From an uncultured Clostridia bacterium (lineage in GTDB: Bacteria; Bacillota; Clostridia; Christensenellales; UBA1242): a DNA stretch of 64,000 bases. A program made the position numbers and the translations under genes. Position 1 is the stretch's first letter, and each line of letters starts with the position of its first letter. The DNA is taken from assembly GCA_947053595.1 (NCBI GenBank), contig CAMRSX010000001.1:86356-150355 (forward strand). The letters are read 5' to 3'. Under the pieces are notes generated by a model. It searched no databases, was not told the DNA's origin, and saw only the letters and a list, made by a program, of their open reading frames with translations. Below are positions 38,701-45,718 of this stretch, one piece after another.

Positions 38701-39719
38701 CCAAAGGAAGAAGCGGAAATTGGGTCATATTCGGTTCGTGATTCGAAATATTCCGTTCCTGCCACAACTTTGAAGCTGCCGGTGGAGTTGTTGGAAGAGT
38801 TTGGCGTGAAAATGATGTTGCAGGTGTATGCTTTTGCGCCGTTTTTGATGTCAACCTTGTTGTCTCCTTCTTTTGGGTCTTGAATGTCGTCCACAGAAAC
38901 ATAATATGGTGTTTTGTCTTCGCCAATCAAAACGCCAACATATTCGCCATCTTCATAGAAGGCAGTGACTTCTTTTGCATAGAACTCTTCACTTGCGTTT
39001 CCGTTTGAAAGGTTGGTGGTGGCATAGGTGCCGTCGGCGTTTTTAACAAAGTCTTTATGCAGATAATAATATTTGCTTTTGTAAGAAAACGAGATGTAGT
39101 CTCCAAATTTTTTGACAGGAGCATTTTCGCTGCTGGTGGTGTAGCCAGTTTTGAAGATGCTTTCAGAGATGGAGATGTCGGCATCGATGTTGCCCTTGGA
39201 GTCATATGCTGTGTTGGATTTATAGTTGCTGTCACTTTTGAAAGAAACTTGAAAAGAATAATATGAATTTGCATCCAGTGTGACTGTGCTGGATTTATAA
39301 CCCTGTCTTGCAGAGGTGTAATCACCAGAATTGCTGGTTTTGGAGTTTATCATCATGACATATTTGTCTGAAGCCTTGGTGAGTGGGTTGCTGGAAAGAC
39401 GATATGTGGATGTCATGTAAGATTGAAAAGAACTTCCGGTGTTGATTACGCCGGCCGTGGTTTTGGAATCGTTCACCTGTCCTGTCCAGCCCGAAAGGGA
39501 GGTGGACAAAGTGTAAGATGAAGAGCTGGAATTGAAGTTGCTGTTTGTCAGGCTTAATTCCTTCACATAGCTTTTCACATAGCTTGCAGGGTTGCTTTCC
39601 TCTGCAGAGGCTTTGGACAAGGTTTGAAGCGCGCAAAGAGTGCTTCCCATTGAAGCAGGAAGAACGGCTGCACACGCAAGCCATGCCAATTTTCTTTTGA
39701 GTTTTTTAATCTTTTTCAT
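35748..39719 (-). CDS. 1323-aa type I membrane surface protein: signal peptide, repeated beta-sandwich-like modules, one TM segment, cytoplasmic Lys/Glu coiled-coil tail
   Basis: Signal peptide MKKIKKLKRKLAWLACAAVLPASMG. Module openings recur (LTNSNFN...GWTG, FENHNFDFEEGIF...NWKL, IANGNFNNIQF...DWEL). The TM segment is WLMIPTIIFGLAIVIAVVGYFL. The tail is about 200 aa and K/E-rich. Confidence 0.7.
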   Translation of the reverse strand: MKKIKKLKRKLAWLACAAVLPASMGSTLCALQTLSKASAEESNPASYVKSYVKELSLTNSNFNSSSSSYTLSTSLSGWTGQVNDSKTTAGVINTGSSFQSYMTSTYRLSSNPLTKASDKYVMMINSKTSNSGDYTSARQGYKSSTVTLDANSYYSFQVSFKSDSNYKSNTAYDSKGNIDADISISESIFKTGYTTSSENAPVKKFGDYISFSYKSKYYYLHKDFVKNADGTYATTNLSNGNASEEFYAKEVTAFYEDGEYVGVLIGEDKTPYYVSVDDIQDPKEGDNKVDIKNGAKAYTCNIIFTPNSSNNSTGSFKVVAGTEYFESRTEYDPISASSFGSIYLSGLEDEDGKPVKAEYLQVSSKNWTTFQFFVATGAKSQTVTLDLWLGSKDTNVSGVVFYDDCHVVQYSENAFWKSYNQHYGASYSQEFVGEDGSIETVKTNCTQLVDLSQNTALNFENHNFDFEEGIFNGNAVSPKNWKLEEQCSGNARVFDLGNAQYFKSTTGYNFVGSDLSAEVSFELDGEKIKVVNENKYALALWTNNNHVKITSDDVDIKANEIYKIKVNYKISELSNGNVYVMVKENKNVLSNNNLTESQYIVADEATSSAVTSNTDNAFRNNYGTIEFFVKGGALYDSSFNISLALGKSDEASTGCVLFDNISVEKASSEDFASATNKLELAASTTTPTIANGNFNNIQFTSDGTAPFAPADWELTAGNGITFGGVINTGKYEEYKSLYKQHKDDGVSNEENPYYWASFDNPGNIYSTADPDNIMMLANITKTTQKLKSGNISLSANTNYKLGFNFKTYALASQSNLKVSVYGKDGFKLFSSDALFSNNQWKDAQIYLKSFSGATEVYLEIEFDTIKAGDHSFAFLDNFTLETVEETPDTGMIVDMTNFYLNLPSNDISSTDETASITPAYKGSVASGDASKMSGGIVKSDKFGQNSHFKIDLAEDEESKNVFYIQSQGQGSYNLQSNFTLDLEAEKYYTLSFNLKTHFAAENLDPKKDYAYGASVGLSDFELATQLLSPDEYSTYTLHFKATEAKAAKLSMTLVCDSEETAGAMAIYDFAFAESSEDEYNAAKAAVEDKKYDVNQDKIFVSNSQGGEDSDTDTDNEETDTDTPKTNFDWLMIPTIIFGLAIVIAVVGYFLRKIKIKKIEVKKKESYDRKDSLHIQTIKRKAEKERDAQVAQIKKTIDKFQKELDGLEAEHKQKVVALREKDQGKVSKDTDREFKRFAQKRTVIAEKIDSLNKQIDDMHSPEFLLNLERKFYVQEEAKQRELEKASKKINKAESKSAKNASAQKEASSNAKEKNPKTSSKGKKK

Positions 39720-39848
39720 ATAACACCTTTTGCTTAAATTCTAACTTTCACATTTTAGCATATTTTTCATGAAATATCAAATAAATTCTATATTTTTAAT
39801 ATTTTTATTTAAAATAATTATATAAATTTTTTCTTAAGTGAGGTTGTA

Positions 39849-40238
39849 ATGAAGCAAAAGAAGCAAAATCAACAGAAGTTGACCTTCAAAAGCAAGCTTA
39901 TTCTCATGCTGTGCGGGGCAGTGATTGGCTTCATCAATGGTTTTTTTGGCGGAGGAGGCGGCATGGTGTGCGTGCCTCTCCTTGAAAAGGTTCTGCATCT
40001 GCCAAACAAATATTCTCATGCGACAGCAATCGTGGTTATTCTTCCAATTTCTTTCATAAGCGCAGTCATTTATTTTTTAAGCGGAAATTTGCAAAGCATA
40101 CCTTTTCTCACCGTTGGCGCTGGAGTGCTGGTTGGCGGAATTGTGGGAAGCTTTGCCTTAAAATTTTTGCCACCAAAGTTTGTGAGGGTGATTTTTGTGT
40201 TGGTGATGTTTGCAGGCGGAATTAGGCTGCTGTTTTAA
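39849..40238 (+). CDS. TSUP/TauE-SafE family transporter, 4-TM half-size protein (N-half)
   Basis: GFFGGGGGMVCVPLL motif and four hydrophobic segments. 129 aa. Confidence 0.7.
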   Translation: MKQKKQNQQKLTFKSKLILMLCGAVIGFINGFFGGGGGMVCVPLLEKVLHLPNKYSHATAIVVILPISFISAVIYFLSGNLQSIPFLTVGAGVLVGGIVGSFALKFLPPKFVRVIFVLVMFAGGIRLLF

Positions 40239-40260
40239 AACTTCTTTACAAGAAGGCAAG

Positions 40261-40369
40261 GCTGTGTTTGAAAGTTCTGCAAGGGCAAGAAATAAACTGC
40301 TGTTTGAAAATTTTGCAGAGCGAAAATTCTGATGCTGGTTGAAAATTTTTGCAGGGCAAGAGATTTCAG
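40261..40369. repeat. Three imperfect tandem repeats of about 36 nt in the spacer between the two TSUP halves
   Basis: Units are at 40261-40296, 40297-40333 and 40334-40369. They share the core CTG.GTTTGAAAaTTtTGCAgrGCrA. Confidence 0.7.
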
Positions 40370-40408
40370 CAGCAAAAAACTGCGGCAAGTGAAATTAAGG
40401 AGAGGAAT

Positions 40409-40771
40409 ATGACATATTTTTTTTATATTTTGGCAGGCTTTGTTTCGGGAATTTTTGGTGGTCTGGGCATGGGAGGCGGCACGCTGCTTATTCCCATTCT
40501 CACCATCTTTTTGGGGTTTGACCAAAAACTTTCGCAAGGCATCAATCTTTTGAGTTTTTTGGTGATGGCAATTTTTTCCATTTACATACATCATCGCAAT
40601 GGCTTTATTGTCACAAAAAATTTGATTTGGATTATCCCTTTTGGCATTGTTTTTTCCGTTTTGGGCGCCGTTTTGATGTCCTTTTTGCCATCCAAAATTT
40701 TAAAAATGGTTTTTGGCGTGTTTTTGTGCTGCTTGGCTGTTGTGGAGTTTGTGAAAGTATTTAAAAAATAG
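40409..40771 (+). CDS. TSUP/TauE-SafE family transporter, 4-TM half-size protein (C-half)
   Basis: MTYFFYILAGFVSGIFGGLGMGGGTLLIPIL follows AAGGAGAGG. The reading frame differs from the first half. Confidence 0.7.
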   Translation: MTYFFYILAGFVSGIFGGLGMGGGTLLIPILTIFLGFDQKLSQGINLLSFLVMAIFSIYIHHRNGFIVTKNLIWIIPFGIVFSVLGAVLMSFLPSKILKMVFGVFLCCLAVVEFVKVFKK

Positions 40772-40865
40772 TGACAAAATGCCGTTAAATAGTGGACAAA
40801 TTTTGTTTTTTATGCTATATTTAGTGTAGGAGAAATTCTAACTTAAAAACATAAGAGGTGCAAAT

Positions 40866-41036
40866 ATGGTTGACAAAAACAAATGTATCGGTTGCGGAAC
40901 TTGCGTTGCAATATGCCCAGTGGGCGCAATCAGTTTTGGCGCAGACGGAAAAGCGGAAATTGACAAAGCCAAATGCATTCACTGCGGGGCTTGTCAGGCA
41001 AGTTGTCCAGTTGAAGCAATTGACATCGACGCTTAA
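40866..41036 (+). CDS. 2x[4Fe-4S] ferredoxin (56 aa), below the ORF-track cutoff
   Basis: Own translation: MVDKNKCIGCGTCVAICPVGAISFGADGKAEIDKAKCIHCGACQASCPVEAIDIDA. It has two CxxCxxCxxxCP motifs. RBS AAGAGGTG. The track ORF 40858-41049 is in the wrong frame. Confidence 0.85.
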   Translation: MVDKNKCIGCGTCVAICPVGAISFGADGKAEIDKAKCIHCGACQASCPVEAIDIDA

Positions 41037-41070
41037 AACAAATTTTTGATAAACTTAAAAAGAGGTTGTT

Positions 41071-42552
41071 ATGGAAAACATTGCTTACATCAGCATGGAC
41101 GAAAAAAGAGTTAAGCTTTTGATTGTTCAAAGCCGAAATGGAAGATTCAGAATTTTGGAGGAAGTTGAAAACAGCTATGACTTGACAAACGACATTGTCA
41201 AAGATTGTCTTTTCAGCCCAAAATCCAAAAATGACTTGCTGAAGGTGCTTAATATTTATCGCTATACAATTGAAACCTTCAAAGTTGGAAAGATGATTGC
41301 TGTGGCTTCCAACATCATTGTTAAGGCAAGAAACTATCGGGGATTTTTGGATGAAATATACACCAACACAGGCATGAACTTTCTCATTTCAGGTGAGGAT
41401 GAGGTTGTCAAAAACATATATCTTTCTTGCATGGCAAAAATTGATGCTTCAAAGGGCTATATCTTAAACATCGGCTCTTATTGCACATACATCTTAAAAT
41501 TCAATCGCAGAAATGTGGTGGAATATAACACCATTTCTCTTGGATTTGCCAATTTGTCTGCAATGGAAGGCTCTTTTGATGACAAAGTGGCGTTGTTTAA
41601 GAAAGAACTCAAAAAATGCTCAATCATCAAAAATCATGAAGAGGACATTGTGGTTGGCTGCGGACCTTGCTTTATTGACATTGCAAGAGTTGCAAAAAAG
41701 CTGACGCGTTATCCTCTGGACATCGACAACAACTATGCGCTCACTTCTGCTGCAGTGGGCAAAGTTGTGGAATTTGCCACCAATCTTGACGCTGCAAAAG
41801 TGAAGAAAATCAAGGGGCTTGGAGATGAGGGCGCTGAAAGCATCAACGGAGGCTTGGCAATTGTTTCTGCAGTTTTTGACACAATCAAATTGGAAGAAGT
41901 TTGCATTTCAACAGCCAACGCACTGGAAGGTGTGGTGCTTTCCAATCTTGTGGGCACAGCAAATGAAAAATATTCTGACATGCTTCAAAACAGCCTTGAC
42001 AGTTTGTATGAATTCAGAAAAGAAGGGCTTGCCATCAACAGCCAAGTTTATGAAATGGCAATCTTGCTTTTCAAGCAACTGAAAGTTGTGCACAAACTGC
42101 CAAGAGTGTATGTTAAGCCTCTCAAAATTGCGGCATATATGTATGATTGCGGCAAGTTCATCAGCTTCACCGAAAATCAGAAACACGCATATTACACCAT
42201 TTTAAACTCCAACATTGCGGGGGCATCTCAAAAAGACATCTTGTTGGCAGCGCTTGCTTGCTCTTGTCAAAATTTGGACAACTTCAATTTGTCTGAAGTG
42301 ATGAAATATAAAGAAATTTTAACTGACGAAGATGTGGATGCAGTCAGAAAAATGGGAGTGCTTGTCAATCTGGCAGTCAATTTAAACGCTTCCAGAAAAA
42401 ATGTCATCAACGACATTATTTGCGATATCTTGGGGGACAGCATCATTATGAAAACTGTTGTCAGCAGTGACCCATCTTTTGAGATTATTCAGGCAATGAA
42501 AGCGTCTGAAGATTTCAGAAAGATTTTCAAAAAAAGCTTGCAAATCATCTAA
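41071..42552 (+). CDS. Ppx/GppA-family (ASKHA + HD) homologue with degenerate catalytic motifs
   Basis: Length and overall pattern fit Ppx/GppA. ISMDEKRVKLLIV replaces xDxGSNSxxLxI, NIGSYCTYIL replaces DIGGGSTE, and MYDCGKFIS replaces LHDIGK. Confidence 0.55.
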   Translation: MENIAYISMDEKRVKLLIVQSRNGRFRILEEVENSYDLTNDIVKDCLFSPKSKNDLLKVLNIYRYTIETFKVGKMIAVASNIIVKARNYRGFLDEIYTNTGMNFLISGEDEVVKNIYLSCMAKIDASKGYILNIGSYCTYILKFNRRNVVEYNTISLGFANLSAMEGSFDDKVALFKKELKKCSIIKNHEEDIVVGCGPCFIDIARVAKKLTRYPLDIDNNYALTSAAVGKVVEFATNLDAAKVKKIKGLGDEGAESINGGLAIVSAVFDTIKLEEVCISTANALEGVVLSNLVGTANEKYSDMLQNSLDSLYEFRKEGLAINSQVYEMAILLFKQLKVVHKLPRVYVKPLKIAAYMYDCGKFISFTENQKHAYYTILNSNIAGASQKDILLAALACSCQNLDNFNLSEVMKYKEILTDEDVDAVRKMGVLVNLAVNLNASRKNVINDIICDILGDSIIMKTVVSSDPSFEIIQAMKASEDFRKIFKKSLQII

Positions 42553-42676
42553 AAATGCCAACTTGTTGGGCAAAAACATTGTTTTTTGTTGATTTTTGCT
42601 TTCAAAAAGCGGCAATTTTTGCTGTGTTTTGCAGAAGGTTTTGTAACACATTTAAAAAACAAAAAAAAAGGATTGT

Positions 42677-43891
42677 ATGGAAGAAAAAAGAAGAAACAAC
42701 AGAATTCTTTGGGCGGTTTTGTTCGCTTTTATCACAGTGATGCTGTGTTATATGTTTGTTGTTTTATATTTCTTTTACATCTCTCCATTCAACATCTCTG
42801 CCAAGATTGGCTTTTGGCCGTTTTTGTCTGATAAGGCAATTGCCCAAACATATCTTGATGCCACAGTGCAAATTGATTTCACAGCGCACAGCGAAGAAGG
42901 CTTTGAGGATGTGAATGTCAGCGTTGTGGGGGTGAACATAAGAAAAGACGGTTATGTTGTTGCGCCTTACAGCGAACTGAAAGATTGCGATGAAAACACC
43001 AAGTTTAAAATCAACACCAATTCTGGTGCCGTATATGGCGGCAAGCTTTTATACAGCGATGTAAACTATAATGTTTCGCTTTTGAAGTGTGAAAACATTG
43101 ACAGCACAGAACAAATTAAATTGCCTTATGTTCAGGTGGCATCAAAAAATCAGCACATAAGTGAAAATGTGATTGCGGTTTCTTCTCCGCTTTTTGCAAA
43201 AAATTATTGGAAAGGCAAAGTGTCCGACCCAAGCAAGTTTTGCATGATAAGCCCAGAGAAGGTGGGCGGCTTTGATGTTGTTGATTTTGTGCTTGAAAAT
43301 TGTTTCAGCGTTCAGCTGGCAGATGATTTTTCTGGCGGAGCAATTTTGGATAAGTCTGGCATTTTGCTGGGGCTGTCTTACAAAGAAAAACTGGAAGATG
43401 AAACATATTGCGCCATTCCGGTTGACGGCATCAGGCTGTTTTTGGACGATGTTGTGAAATGCTATGAAAACGCACAAACTTATGACAACAATCTGGTGAA
43501 AAGCATTGTTGGCTTTGATGCAGCCGAGCTTTATTGCTTTATGGAAAGCGGCTCGATGTCTGACGGGGATGACAACTTTTTCTATTTCAATGGAGGGTGG
43601 CAGCCATACACCGATGCCATTGTTGCATATCGACAAACTTGGAATTTCAACACTGGCAACTTGCACGACTATTTTCTTTTTGAAGATTTTGTTTTTGGAG
43701 ATGTTGTGATTGCAAGAGAGAATGTGATTGGGCGCATTGTCAATTTGAAGACAAAGAAAAGCTTTGTCATCAACACCAAGCTTGACTTGTTTGAGGCTCT
43801 TTATGCTGCAAATGACGGCGAGCATCTTGAAATTTTTTATCAGCCTGCTGGAAGTGGAGACAACTGGCAAAGCGCTGTTGTGGCAGTTTAG
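42677..43891 (+). CDS. Membrane-anchored S1C (HtrA/trypsin)-like protein lacking the expected His and Asp
   Basis: N-terminal TM segment. GYVVAPYSEL sits where GYIxTNxHVV occurs, NVSLLK where DLAVLK occurs, and DDFSGGAILDKSGILLGLS where NPGNSGGPLxNxxGxVIGIN occurs. Confidence 0.5.
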   Translation: MEEKRRNNRILWAVLFAFITVMLCYMFVVLYFFYISPFNISAKIGFWPFLSDKAIAQTYLDATVQIDFTAHSEEGFEDVNVSVVGVNIRKDGYVVAPYSELKDCDENTKFKINTNSGAVYGGKLLYSDVNYNVSLLKCENIDSTEQIKLPYVQVASKNQHISENVIAVSSPLFAKNYWKGKVSDPSKFCMISPEKVGGFDVVDFVLENCFSVQLADDFSGGAILDKSGILLGLSYKEKLEDETYCAIPVDGIRLFLDDVVKCYENAQTYDNNLVKSIVGFDAAELYCFMESGSMSDGDDNFFYFNGGWQPYTDAIVAYRQTWNFNTGNLHDYFLFEDFVFGDVVIARENVIGRIVNLKTKKSFVINTKLDLFEALYAANDGEHLEIFYQPAGSGDNWQSAVVAV

Positions 43892-43900
43892 GAGGAAAAT

Positions 43901-44902
43901 GTGAGAAAAATTAAGTTTGCCATTGAAATGGGCGGTGGGAACACTTGCATTTATGTGAAAGGCGAAGGCTTGGCTTTGAAAGAGCCAACACTGATTGCTG
44001 CCGAGCCAACAGAGGATGGCTACAAAGTGATTGCCATGGGCATTGATGCCAAAAAACTTGTTGGCAAAACCAAAGAAAATGTGGAAATCTTCACACCAAT
44101 TCCTTATGGCGAAAACTCAAATTTTGAATATTCTGTCATTTTGCTTAAGCACTTTTTAAGCAAGGTTGGCTTCCGTCCGCACGAGGACAACGCAATTTTT
44201 ATTGTACCTTGCGGGCTGAGTGTGCACGAAAAAGAAAACCTTTTGAATGTCTGCGAAGGGGCAAACATAGTTCATGTGGATTTCATTCCTTCTGTGCTTT
44301 GCTCTTGCGTGGGTGAGGGAAGAAACATTGACAGCTCTAAAGTGAACATGGTTGTGGACATTGGCGGCACAGCAACCGAAATTGCTGTGATTAATATGTC
44401 TGGCATAATTAAGGGGGCAACACTGGGAATTGGCGGGAAAAGAATTGACGCTGCAATTGTCAACTTTTTGGCATACACCCAAGGCTTTGTGATTGGGCTT
44501 CCAACGGCTGAAACGTTGAAAAACGAAGTTGGAAGTTTATATCCAAACGACACCCTAAACATGGAAATTACTGGCGTGGACGCCACCAGCAAAACGCCGC
44601 GCAGCATTGTGATGCTTTCGTCCGACCTCAGAAAAGCAATCGAGCCATTTTACAGCGAAATTGTGCGCGCCATTGACACCACAATAAACACGCTTCCGCC
44701 GGAAATTGTGGCAGACATCATCAACAACAAAATTTTGATTGTTGGAGGCTGCTCTAAGCTGCAGGGGCTTTCTGATTATTTCAAGAAAAACCTGTCATAT
44801 CCAGTGGAGTTTTCGGAAGATGTGGAAAATGTCACCATTCTTGGTGCGGGCAAATTGCTGTGTGACGCTCAGCTTTTGGAAGGCATAATTGACAACCTAT
44901 AA
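43901..44902 (+). CDS. Divergent MreB/Mbl-family actin-like protein
   Basis: 333 aa. Matches are AIEMGGGNTCIYVKG (phosphate-1), VVDIGGTATEIAVI (phosphate-2) and IVGGCSKLQGLSDYF. GTG start lies 9 nt after the upstream gene. Confidence 0.7.
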   Translation: MRKIKFAIEMGGGNTCIYVKGEGLALKEPTLIAAEPTEDGYKVIAMGIDAKKLVGKTKENVEIFTPIPYGENSNFEYSVILLKHFLSKVGFRPHEDNAIFIVPCGLSVHEKENLLNVCEGANIVHVDFIPSVLCSCVGEGRNIDSSKVNMVVDIGGTATEIAVINMSGIIKGATLGIGGKRIDAAIVNFLAYTQGFVIGLPTAETLKNEVGSLYPNDTLNMEITGVDATSKTPRSIVMLSSDLRKAIEPFYSEIVRAIDTTINTLPPEIVADIINNKILIVGGCSKLQGLSDYFKKNLSYPVEFSEDVENVTILGAGKLLCDAQLLEGIIDNL

Positions 44903-44928
44903 AAAAACACCTGACAAGGTGTTTTTTT
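44899..44928. terminator. Bidirectional hairpin terminator, left copy of a perfect 30-bp direct repeat
   Basis: ATAAAAAAACACCTGACAAGGTGTTTTTTT. It includes the TAA stop of the MreB-like gene. Confidence 0.8.
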
Positions 44929-44942
44929 ATAGGGTTTTTAAA

Positions 44943-45314
44943 TTAAACTCTAATCACACATTCACACAGCTCTATCGCCCTTTTGACTCTTTCAGTATAC
45001 GATAATTTCATGCAAAACACATCAGGTGCCAAAAATACAAGCGAAATTTCTTTATGTGCCAGTAAAAAGTTTGCATATTCCCATTCTGTAATGGATGGGG
45101 CTTTTATTATTTTAATGGTAAAAAAGTATTTATTTTTTAAGTCTTTTAATTCCCATAAACAATCGTGCCAAGTGTTTGAAAGCTTTTGAGGAAATAAAAT
45201 AAAGCACTTTATCTGTCTACTCTTTAATAATTTTATTATTTCAAGTCTAAATTCAGAAAGCATTATGTCTTTATTATGAGCCTCTTTACAAATTAACAAA
45301 CAATTTTTAAACAT
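44943..45314 (-). CDS. Orphan 123-aa protein of unknown function
   Basis: ATG lies 6 nt after GGAGG. MFKNCLLICKEAHNKDIML... has no TM segment or signal peptide and is Cys-rich at both ends. I recognised no family. Confidence 0.6.
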   Translation of the reverse strand: MFKNCLLICKEAHNKDIMLSEFRLEIIKLLKSRQIKCFILFPQKLSNTWHDCLWELKDLKNKYFFTIKIIKAPSITEWEYANFLLAHKEISLVFLAPDVFCMKLSYTERVKRAIELCECVIRV

Positions 45315-45414
45315 CTTTAACCTCCAGTTTAATAATTATATTTATTATAACAGAACACTATAAATATGTCAATACATCTGCGCATATATAGCGTATTACG
45401 CCAATGATTTTTTA

Positions 45415-45443
45415 TTGTTAATATTTATGCGTAGAAATATAGT
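45415..45443 (+). promoter_or_regulatory. Promoter candidate (TTGTTA, 17 nt spacer, TATAGT) for the cassette XRE gene
   Basis: Read directly. It is flanked by related motifs GCGCATATATAGCG and GCGTAGAAATATAGTCG, which are possible operators. Confidence 0.4.
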
Positions 45444-45475
45444 CGCAATTATGTGGCATAATAAGGAGGATGCAA

Positions 45476-45718
45476 ATGGAAATTAGTGCAGCAGTTTTGA
45501 AAAGGGTGGAACAACTTTTGAAGGAAAAGAAAATGACATTTTATGCCTTGGAAAACAAATCATCAATTCAGCACGGCACCATGTCTGCTTTTCGTTATGG
45601 AAAAACAAAAAACATAACCTTGCGAACAATAATGCAACTTTGCATAGGCTTGGATATGTCTTTAACAGAATTTTTGGAAGACCCAATTTTCAAATTTGAG
45701 AATTTCAATTTGGAATAA
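45476..45718 (+). CDS. XRE-family helix-turn-helix transcriptional regulator (80 aa)
   Basis: MTFYALENKSSIQHGTMSAFRYGKTKNITLRTIMQLCIGLDMSLTEFL. The second ATG lies 6 nt after AAGGAGG. Confidence 0.8.
   Translation: MEISAAVLKRVEQLLKEKKMTFYALENKSSIQHGTMSAFRYGKTKNITLRTIMQLCIGLDMSLTEFLEDPIFKFENFNLE

Noticed and set aside
40261-40369. Possible CRISPR array (repeats of about 36 nt)
   Set aside because: The units abut directly with no spacers and are only about 75-80% identical. There are only three of them, and no cas genes are present in the window.
40858-41049. 63-aa ORF from the track (MQIWLTKTNV...)
   Set aside because: Wrong frame. The overlapping 56-aa frame encodes a textbook 2x[4Fe-4S] ferredoxin with an RBS.
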